Part shown: piece by piece, positions 54,320 through 64,000 of the stretch | How the letters are laid out: every line of letters starts with the position of its first letter | Position numbering within the stretch: the first letter of the stretch is position 1 | Program-made: the position numbers and the translations under genes | Assembly: GCF_009914755.1 (NCBI RefSeq) | Contig: NC_060928.1 | Direction: 5' to 3' (one strand) | DNA: 64,000 bases | From: the human T2T-CHM13v2.0 reference genome, Homo sapiens | Notes under the pieces: model-generated | What the model was told of the DNA's origin: nothing | Databases searched by the model: none | Seen by the model: only the letters and a program-made list of their open reading frames with translations

Positions 54320-54560
54320 GGTAATGGGCTGCGTGTGGGTGATGGGGTACGTGTGGGTGATGGGGTGCGTGTGGGTGACGGGCTGCGTGTGGGTGATGGG
54401 GTGTGTGTGGGTGATGGGGTGCGTGTGGGTGACAGGATGCATGTGGGGTGACGGGATGCGTGTGGGTGACGGGATGCGTGTGGGTGATGGGATGCCCGTG
54501 GGTAATGGGATGCATGTGGGTGACAGGCTGCGTGTGGGTGATGGGCTTTGTATGGGGTAA
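54320..54560. repeat. 18-bp G-rich minisatellite (GCGTGTGGGTGAYGGGRT, about 12-13 copies)
   Basis: Tandem units visible directly; a 6-aa periodicity appears in the overlapping ORFs. Confidence 0.92.
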
Positions 54561-54566
54561 TGGCTG

Positions 54567-54903
54567 CAGTGGTTCTCCCACCTGGTTGCTGCTTAGAAGT
54601 TTTAAAAATGACTAAACCAGGCATGTTGGTGTGTAGCTGCAGTCCCAGCTACCTGGAAGGCTGAAGCAGGAGGACTGCTTAAGCCCAGGAGTTCCAAGTT
54701 GTAACGTTCTGTGATTGTGCCTAGGAATCGCCACTGGACTCAGCCTGCACAGCACAGCAAGACCCTGGCTCTTAAGAAAAAAAAAGAATGATGGGGATGC
54801 ATCCCAGGACAAACAGCAGTTTTGGAGGTGGGCCCTGGGCATGGGTTTTTGTGCACAGCTCCCTCAGCAATGCTGATGGGGATCCAGGGCTGAGACCCAC
54901 AGA
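54567..54903 (+). mobile_element. MER5A-like MITE interrupted by an Alu monomer (FRAM/AluJ, about 54615-54787)
   Basis: CAGTGGTTCTC...GGGCTGAGACCCAC termini with an Alu right arm and A tail inside. Confidence 0.7.
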
Positions 54904-54966
54904 ACTGGGGGATGAACTTCAACCTCACATTCACCACCTTCCAAACCACCCTCAGGGAAGACTCAC

Positions 54967-55101
54967 CCGATGTCTGGTGAGCATGTTTCCCTTCAGACAC
55001 TGATAGCGAACCATGAGGAAGAGGGCAGCCCAGGTCAGCACAAGGGAGAGGAGGAAGGCAATGAAGAACCCTGCTGCGTGGAGGCCGTGGTGCGGCAGAA
55101 C
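54967..55101 (-). CDS. EVC2: EVC2 coding exon 8 (135 nt, phase 0/0), contains the transmembrane helix
   Basis: Minus strand reads CAG|GTT CTG CCG CAC...AGA CAT CGG|GTGAGT and translates to VLPHHGLHAAGFFIAFLLSLVLTWAALFLMVRYQCLKGNMLTRHR, recognised EVC2 sequence. Not present in the ORF track. Confidence 0.96.
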
Positions 55102-56976
55102 CTGTGGAGACAAGAGGAGAGCAGGATTCATGTGTGGTCAGACAGCATGTCTCCCAGGCCTCACAGATGATTGAGTGTCAGAGCAGACCAAGCAGGGACC
55201 AGGGGACTCGCTTGCATTTGAGTCTCGCTCTGCCAGCTACCAGCTGGCTGCCTGGAGGCCCTCGCTGGTCCTCTCTGAGCCTGAACTTCCTCAGTGCATG
55301 ACAAGCCTGTCAAAGACCTGAGGCATGGTGATTTGCACACAATAGCACCATCCAGCCGCACGCCTAGCACATCACAGACACTCAAGAATGTTAAGTTTCC
55401 AAATCAAAAACATGATAATCCAAAGGAAGCACTAGGGATCCGTGACATTTTCTGAGAATCACAGGTAGAATTTTGCAGAGGCCAGAGGAAGAACCCATGG
55501 CACCCTCACCTTCCCGCTACCCTCTATTAACTTTAGATTAAATAATTAAACCCCAATTTTTACGGTATTATATTTAGAGAAAATCTCTTGTCTTCTGACT
55601 GGTGAGATTAGTGGGCCACATTTACCCCCGCCCCTCCTTCCCTGCTTCTGCCTTCTAGCATTTTTTAGGTTTATAGCATATATATTTTGTTCTGCAACCA
55701 GAATTCAATCCTGATTATTGTTTATAGGTTAATCCCAGCAACTACAAATTTTAAAAGACAATATTATTATGATTAGGCAAAATTTGCTCACTGCAGAGTA
55801 AAGTAATTGGATCCAATCCTGTGACACTAAATATCTGCTCCTCAAAGGAGTGTGTTCCTAATTCAGTCCCTTTTCTCACACTTTATCAATTATTCCAAAT
55901 CAGGCTACATTTTTAGTTTGCTTCAGTGTGAATTAGCACTTCCTTGTGTGACTTTTTGTTTTTCCTGAAGTTTTTCATGGCCTATCTTTTTTCTTCCTAG
56001 CATACACCCATGTTCTTAATAATACTATCTGTTACAGAGAGTCAAATTTACTTTTTCTTAAAGTCATCATTCCCAGAGTTCTCTGACTTTCTGATTTAAT
56101 CAGACCTGGCTACTTTCTAGGTTTTCTGGTATCATAGAGAGCTTTTTCTTTTTCTCCACTGCCTTCTATATTGTCACAGCATTACTCATTGAAGAAAAAC
56201 TGTTTCTTGGATCCCATTTCTTCCTTTTTCTTGGATAATTCTTTTTTATTTTGATGAAGTATCCTAAGTATCTATTTATTCTCAAGTAAGTTCGTTTGGA
56301 GAAGATGCTCTTTTCTCACATCTGGCAATGCTGTCACTTAGTTCTCAGTTTGACTGATAGTATGGCTGGCTACATAATTCATGGCTAAAATAACTTTCCC
56401 TCAAGATGTTGATGGTGCCATTCTACTGTCTTCTGACAGAAGTGTGCCTGATGGCCTTTTAGAAGAATCTGTTTTTGTTTTCTGGGTGCTTTTTAAGATT
56501 TCTCCCTTTTCCCTATAGTTCTGAATATCTTAGCATTTTAAAGAAGATATTTGAATACATTTCTAATAATATATAAAAAGTCTTATATAGTAATGTAACT
56601 TTGCAAAGAAATACACACAGTATAATCTCCATTTCACTAAAATAAAAATAATGTGCATATATACATATGCATGTGTAAATTATAAAGAAAATCCTCCAGA
56701 ATTTTATTTGAATGTAATTTCTTGATGAGGTTTTTCACCTTCTTTATGCTTGTTTTCTAATATTTCTACAATGAGTAGGTATTATTTGTGTAATAAGAGA
56801 TAATAATAATTATTATTATTACTACTATTATGATGATGATTATAAAAAAAGTAAGGCAAATTTGATAGATGAAAATCACCCAGACTGCTGAGGGTTTGTC
56901 AACCCAAATCACAATTCAACTTCTTCCTGTTTTCAATCCTGCTCCTTTCTTTTTCCTTTCATAGGGGGTCACTGAT

Positions 56977-57485
56977 TGTACCAAGGGTCCCCAAGGCCAC
57001 CTGCATACAATCCCACTCACAGGTATGGTTTATTACAGCAAAAAGACACAAAGCAAAGTCAGAAAAGGGAAGAATGGAGTAAAGCCCAAGGAAAACCAGG
57101 CACATGCTTCCAGACTCCAGCGGAGTCACAAAAGATGTGCTTAATTCCCCCAGAGAGGGGTTGTGACAACTCATGTGAAATGTATTCTACTAGGGAAGCT
57201 CATTAGGGACTCAGTGTCCAGGGTTTTTATTCGAGGCTGATCACATAGGCACCCTGTGCCTGGCATGTACCAAAATTTCATACTCCAAGAAAAACAGCAG
57301 GTAATCAGCATAAACTATACTACATGTAAAAAACAGTTCAGGCACAGGGAGCCACTCTTAGCAGTTTTAAGAAGATGGGAATCCTGAAATCCAAGTTTCC
57401 AGACACCAGCCCAGGATCAATCTTGTAAGCAAGCTTTTCTAAGGATAGCAGCCTTCGGTTTGATATGCTAACTCTTCTCTGCACA
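56977..57485 (-). mobile_element. MER68/MER21-group solo LTR (sense to EVC2)
   Basis: Minus strand begins TGTGCAGAGAAGAGTTAGCATATC...GCTGCTATCCTTAGAAAAGCTTGCTTACAAG, resembling MER68 as recalled; AATAAA near its 3' end. Confidence 0.7.
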
Positions 57486-58262
57486 ATGGAAAGCATATTA
57501 TACCCCAAACTCTGCATCAGCATCTGTCTCCAGAAAAGCCAACCTGTGACAATTAGTTTAATTCAAAATGGCTCCAGACCATGGGATACCGAATGTATTA
57601 TTTAGGAGCTAGAAGACAACTAGCCTATTCCTCATTCTTGCAGCCACAGTGCAGATTGTAGTCAAGGTTACATTTTTTCTGACAGACCAATGAGGCCACC
57701 CTGACCTTCTAGACTGTCAAAGCTAAGTTAGGTCAAAAACAGGAGCTTCAGTTCAAATGCTTATTGAAACCTGAATCAAAGTGTGATGCCACTTATAACT
57801 CATCTTTGATAAATCAGCCTCTGTCCACAAAGGCTGTTATCAGAGACTGTCAGAGAACCAATTCTGTTTTCTTGCTCTAACATCCTCTTGATCCTAAATC
57901 TTGAATTTTGATTAACACTAAAATGAAATCCAAGTACTCCATTTGTTCTGGACATGTCCCTCTGCTCCCTGAGCCCTGAGTGTGTACCTACTAGACAAGA
58001 AAAAAATCGATAAGCTGAATAAACGTAAATAGCATTGCATGGAGGTTATGTCAAAATATTGATGGAAAGGAAACTAAAAAAAATCTGTCTGTAAAACAAC
58101 ACAGTAGCTAAAGATCAGCAATCTGTTTTCAAGATTTTTAATCCCCTTTATCTTCAAAGAAGGCAACAACTTGTTTTTTCATCTTCGAGAAGAGGGAATG
58201 AGAGGTAAAGGGGATTAACAATTTTGATCACCAACAAAACGCCAATCTCTGGGCTAGGTAAA

Positions 58263-58730
58263 TGTAGTGAGTTGAGTTGAGTTGTGCCCTCCAAAAAGAC
58301 ATGTTGAAGTCCTAACCCCAATACCTATGAATGTGACTTTATTTAGAAATTGTCTTTGCAGATGTAGACAAGTTAAGATGAGGTCATACTGGGTCACAGT
58401 GAGTCCTAAATCCAATGATCGTGTCTTCATGAGGAGAGGGAGATTTGTAGACACACACAGAAAAGATGGCCATGTGAAGATGGAGGCAGATACTGAGTGA
58501 TGCAGCTATAAGCCAAGGATTTCAAGGAATGCTAAGGATTTCTGAGCCACCAGAAGCTAAGAAGAGGCAAAGGAAGATGCTTCTCCAGGGTCTTTATAAA
58601 CAGCATGGCCCTGCCTGCCTACACCTTAATTTCAGACTTCCAGCCTGCAGAACTGTGAGAAAATTAAATTGTTGTATTAAGGTACCAAGCTTGTGGAGAT
58701 TTGTTATGGCAGCCTGAGGACACTAACACA
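58263..58730 (+). mobile_element. MLT1C-like LTR
   Basis: AAAAGACATGTTGAAGTCCTAACCCC...TTTGTTATGGCAGCCTGAGGACACTAACACA. Confidence 0.85.
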
Positions 58731-59610
58731 ATGCTTCATATACTTTATTTCATTCAATCTTCTGTAATCCTGTGGAACACGTATCATCCCTGTTCTACTG
58801 ATAGACAAATGGAGATGCAAAGAGATTAAAAAATTAATTGATGTCCACAGCTAAAACAAAATTAGCTCTGCTGGACTCCAATGTCTACGTTTGTCCCACT
58901 AGAGCTGGACACTACTTACTGTCCAGGGGGCTGTATGTTTTTCTAAAATGTTTTTAGTCCTAATCTCCCACACCATGGTAGAAGTTAGTTGTATGACTGA
59001 CATTACATATGGGCAGCATCACTCTACCGTAAAAGCCAGGAAAAGAACTCTCTCGTATGTTCCTTCTCCCCTTCTGTCTCCCTGCCTCCCTCCCTCCTGC
59101 TTCATGAAGTGGAAGTGGACAGGTGAGTCAGGCTACCTCAAATCTCTTCCTCTTTCCACTTCCACCTTCTAAATCCACATCTTGAGATCTTACTTTCCTT
59201 TGGCCACAAGGGCATTGCCAAGAGAAACTGAAGAGTAGAGGTACTGTGGGCAGTTTAGTGGAGCAGGGTCTAGATCAATGCTTAAAGTAGCAACACAGTT
59301 GTGGGAATGGAAGCCTGGACCTAGGAAGAGGGAAAAACCAGGGCCAGTTCTGCAGATCCCATCACCTGTCACCCCCTTCTCTTACAATTCCTGCTTTCTG
59401 ACACCAAGTAACAAGCAAACCTAGGTAGAGCCTACCTCCATGGGGCAAACCCACTCATGACCCTCATTTTCTTCATTTATCTGTGTTGTTAAATTATGCT
59501 AGGTCCTGCCCTGCCTACAATGCCTCTACTCTTCAATCTTCTTCCTCAGTGAAGAATGACCAAAGAAGAGTAAGATCTCAATATGTAATTTTATGAGAAG
59601 AAGGAGGCTC

Positions 59611-60470
59611 CATATAATCACTACCATCACTATCATCATCACCAACATTAATATTACCACCATGATTATCAACATCATCAATATCCCCATCATAACTATC
59701 TTTACCATCACCATCATGATCAACATCTTCATTAACACCATCATGATCACCATCAGCAGCAGCATCACCATCAAATTCATCATCACCATCACCACAATGA
59801 CTGTCACCACCACCATCACCACCATCATTATCAACATCATCAATATCTCCATCATTTTCATCTTTACCATCACCATCAACACCATTATGATCAATATCAG
59901 CAGGATCACCATCAAATTCATCATCACCATCCCCACCATCACCATCACCACCATCACCATCGCCACCACGATTATCAACATCATCAATATCCCCATCACC
60001 ATCATCTTCACATTGGCCATCACCACCATCACTATCAACATCATCAATATCACCATCACCATCATCTTCACCATCACCATCACTACCATCATTGTCAACA
60101 TTATCAATATGCCAATCACCTTCACCATGGCCATCACCACCATCATTATCAACATCATCAATATCTCCATCACCATCATCTTCACCATCACCATCAACGC
60201 CATCATCAGCAGCATCGCCATCAAATTCATTATCACCATCACCACCATGACCACCACCACCATTACCATAGCCACCATCACTATCAACATCATCAATATC
60301 CCCATCACCACCATCATTATCAACATCATCAATATCCCCATCACCATCATCTTCACCATGACCATCACAATCACTATAAACATCATCAATATCACCATCA
60401 CCATCATCTTCACGCCCACCACCATCAACACCATCATGACACCATCAGCGGCAGCAACACCATTACCACT
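59611..60470. repeat. Long degenerate (CAT/CAC)n trinucleotide tract
   Basis: About 860 bp of ATC/ACC/AAC triplets with a recurring block ATCAACATCATCAATATC. Confidence 0.93.
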
Positions 60471-60964
60471 GTCATTTCACAGAACATGTATTATGCAGAT
60501 ACTAAGCACCAGGGATGGATCCAAGTGCTTTACATGTATTAATCCATTTAATCTCCACAACAATACTCTGTGATGGGAACTATTTTAACCACCACTTTAT
60601 AAATTATAATGTCATTGTAGAAAAAAGTTTTTAAAATGGCCCAAGGTCACAGATAGAGTAAGTAGTAGACCCAAGACTCACATCCAGCAGTTGGGGCTAG
60701 TGGCCTTCATACCCCCGCTGCCTCTCCTAGGCTGGCCCTTTATCAGGAGCCCTGCATCGAGCCATCAAGGGTTTGTGCCCCTGTTAACACTTTCATTCCC
60801 ACTCTGAGTATGCAGCTCACCTTTTGGGGGTGAGGGAGTAGCAGCAGGGCAGGATTTTGGAACTCCTGAGTCTCTGGCCAAAAGCCTTCCTAATCCCTTC
60901 AAACTTTAATTTTGTCCACAGACCAGGCTTTATTCCCTTTTTAATATTTCAAACAATACTTTAT

Positions 60965-61306
<342 letters not shown>

Positions 61307-62077
61307 TGAAGAAACCAAGGTTTGCTATAATTTGTTTGCCTGAAACGCTCTATTTAAGTGGATACATCAAGTGGGCTGCCAGGTTTGACCCCGTGTTTGG
61401 ATGTGACACTACACTTTCCTGATGTTAATTCACTGAGTCACTGGAGCCCTGTACTAGGTGCTGGAAGAACGAGGAGGAACCAGAGCCAGGCCCTACTCAA
61501 GGAGCTCACAGTCCTACAGAGGAATGAACAGGCAGGCAGATGCTGATGCCACAGTGTGCCTGGGCTGAGGCTGGGGAGCCTGGAGAACTGGGGGAGGGAG
61601 GGGAGCTCCTCTCCTAGCTCAAAGGACAGGATAAGGCTTTCCAAGAGGTGATCCAGTGGGCAGAGGAGAACGAGCTGGGCCAGGGGGAGGGCGAGCCTGG
61701 AGAAGGACTGGCCTGAACAAGGCCTGAAGCCGGCAAGAGAAGCAGCCCCAGCCTGACAGAGCCTTCGAGAGCAGGTTAGGGATTTGCTGTGTCATCCTAA
61801 GGGAATCAGGGGAACAACTAAGAGGCTTTAAGCCATGAAGAAACATGGTTAGATCAGTATTTTAGAAAGACAACTCTGGCCGCTGTATGACTTCAGCCTG
61901 GAGGAAGGTAAATCTGGATGCCAAGGGAGAAATAGGGGGCATGAAAAGAGGCTGCAGGAGGCAACGGGACACGCCAGCAAGGACCGTGGACTTTGGCTTT
62001 TGATGGGGGTTCAACTCTTAGATCCACCCCTTTCCACACTGTGGGAGGCTGGGTCTCCCCAGCTCTGAGAGGCAATA

Positions 62078-62600
62078 GGTTAAAAATAGAATTACCATAC
62101 AACCGAGCAATTTCACCCCCAAGCATATACCCCAAATAATTTAAAACAGGTATTCGAACAAAAATCTGTACTCGAATGCTCACAGCAGCACTGTTTACAA
62201 TAAGCCAAACGTCCTGATGAATAAAGAACATGTGTATATCCATATAATGGACTATTATTCAGCCACAAAAAGGAATGAAGTTCTGGTGCATGCTACAACA
62301 TGGAGGAACACTGAAAACTTGATGCTAAGTGAAAGACGCCAGACACAAAAGGACACGTACTGTGTGATTCCACTTATCTGAAATGTACAGGGTCGGCAAA
62401 TCCAGAGACAGAAGCAGATGAGTGGTTTGCCAGGGGCTGGGGGAGAAGGAAATGGGAAGTCACCAATGGGTACCAAGTTTCCTTTCGGAGTGGGGAAAAT
62501 GTTCTGTAAGCAGACAGTGGTGATGGCTGCACAACACCTATTGACTGTAGTAACTGTCAATAACAGTAAATGTTAGGCTGTGTATACTTTACCACACACA
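62078..62600 (+). mobile_element. L1MB-like 3' fragment
   Basis: ATAGAATTACCATACAACCGAGCAATTTCAC...GACACAAAAGGACACGTACTGTGTGATTCCAC...GGCAAATCCAGAGACAGAAG. Confidence 0.8.
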
Positions 62601-64000
62601 CAGAAACAGTGCCTAATGTTTAGGGTTATGGTACACAGAAGTCAGAAAATCTGAGCCGCTATTGCTACTACTGTTGTTGGCTGGTGGGAAGGGCACAGAT
62701 CAGGAGACACAGTCAACAGAGTGTTGTGATGGAATGTATATGTAAGAAGCCAGACACAGGAGGAGCCAACAATGTCCCTGAATCCAGCTCGGGGGACAGG
62801 ATGCTGGTGGGACCCACCGCTGCAGTGATGAGTTCAGAACCAGAAGTGGCTGAGAGCACCAGAATCAGCCCCACGTAAATCATACTTCTGAGATTCCCTT
62901 AAACATGCTGCAGCCAAGTTCCACTGAGAATCACTGTAAGTACAGATTCCAAAGAGCATCTTTACCTTAAACCTCATTGTCTAAGAATAAAGAAAAAGAG
63001 ATGGTTATCCCGGCTTCCCCCCCAGAGTCCTCCTCACTTTCCTTCTTGTCTCTGGAAAAGAATCATCCACGATTACCACCCTTTAATCACATATTAGCAG
63101 GAGCAGATGCCTTTGATGCATTCTGTCACTGCATTTATGAAGAGCGATGCTGGATAAACAGGCCTTTCAAAACGAATGCTTTAAATGCTCAGAATCCAAC
63201 ACCAAGTTACAAAAGCATGATGAAGAATTGTTTACAGAGTTTGACTTCATTATGTACTAAATATATTCACAGTCTTGTGGATGGCGAGATGTGAACATGT
63301 TAGCAATGGTTCTCCCTGCTGGTGGGATTACGGCATGAAGCTATTTTATTCTTCCAACTTTTCTGCACGTGGAGGGTGGTGGTAAGAAGAGGACATTTCT
63401 TCAAAATGCCCACAGTGGCCTTATATTAAATCCCACCCACCCAACCCTTCGAAACACAGAAAATGCTTGATGAACATGGGAGATGAGACGAATGTTTCCT
63501 CCGGAACAGTCTAAGAATCATTTACTTGAAATCTTTTACTTTGAGCTTGAGACCCAAGAAACAGAGGGGTGAGTGGCTTGCTGGCCCTTGTCACACAGTC
63601 CCTGAGGGGCAGCCCTGAGGGCAAAGAGACCCTTGGCCTCCCAGCTGACAATTGGGGCAAGAGTGAGATCTCGAAGATAATCACAGGCAGAGACAATCAC
63701 ACTTACCAACGCAGCTTTGCTAATTTCCCAATCTAGCAAATAGCATCTGGAGTAGAGAACACATCACACAGCATGATTCTGACTGCAATGATGTTGAGTT
63801 CTGAACCTGGCCAGTTCCCAGAGCCTCCCTGGACAAGAGGTTTTTAAAATGAGAAAGTGGGACTAGATAATCTTTAAGGTCTCTTCCAGTTCAACAATTC
63901 TATTCTGATGTCAACAAAAAGGTATTAAGTGCCATCCAGAGGAATACTCTCAACTTCACACAGTGCCAGGCTTTAATAAATGATCCAATGCATAGGACCC

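Noticed and set aside
54220-54624. Repetitive TPSPTR/HPHASR ORFs and the array-like look of the repeat
   Set aside because: This is an 18-bp minisatellite with no unique spacers, so it is not CRISPR-like, and there is no sign of coding.
59526-60573. 303-aa and 326-aa ORFs as protein-coding genes
   Set aside because: They arise from a (CAT/CAC)n simple repeat that lacks stops in those frames; low complexity and no gene structure.

Overview
Human (primate) genomic DNA from the middle of EVC2 (limbin, 4p16.2), a ciliary Hedgehog-pathway gene mutated in Ellis-van Creveld and Weyers syndromes, on the minus strand. Nine consecutive coding exons are present (exons 8-16; numbering recalled from the canonical 22-exon transcript). 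All have AG/GT boundaries, and they splice into one stop-free 1959-nt (653-codon) frame running from the transmembrane segment (VLPHHGLHAAGFFIAFLLSL...) through the coiled-coil region to ...EQASEDLVEK. The rest is intronic: Alus (many with clear target-site duplications, TSDs), L1/L2/MIR fragments, ERV1/ERVL/MaLR solo LTRs, DNA-transposon MITEs, microsatellites, an 18-bp G-rich minisatellite and long low-complexity tracts. Repeat subfamily names are by-eye recognitions, not RepeatMasker output. I found no convincing new gene or biological system, and the long ORFs in the track are repeat or antisense artefacts. The best leads are three. (1) Signs of templated DNA capture or template switching: L1 junction filler copied from 1.16 kb away, a 93-bp dispersed duplication and a 28-bp L1 TSD. 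(2) An unexplained ~590-bp insert carrying a consensus RFX X-box. (3) Repeat-derived candidate splicing elements and LTRs lying right next to exons, including a possible stop-free exon 14-16 circRNA.
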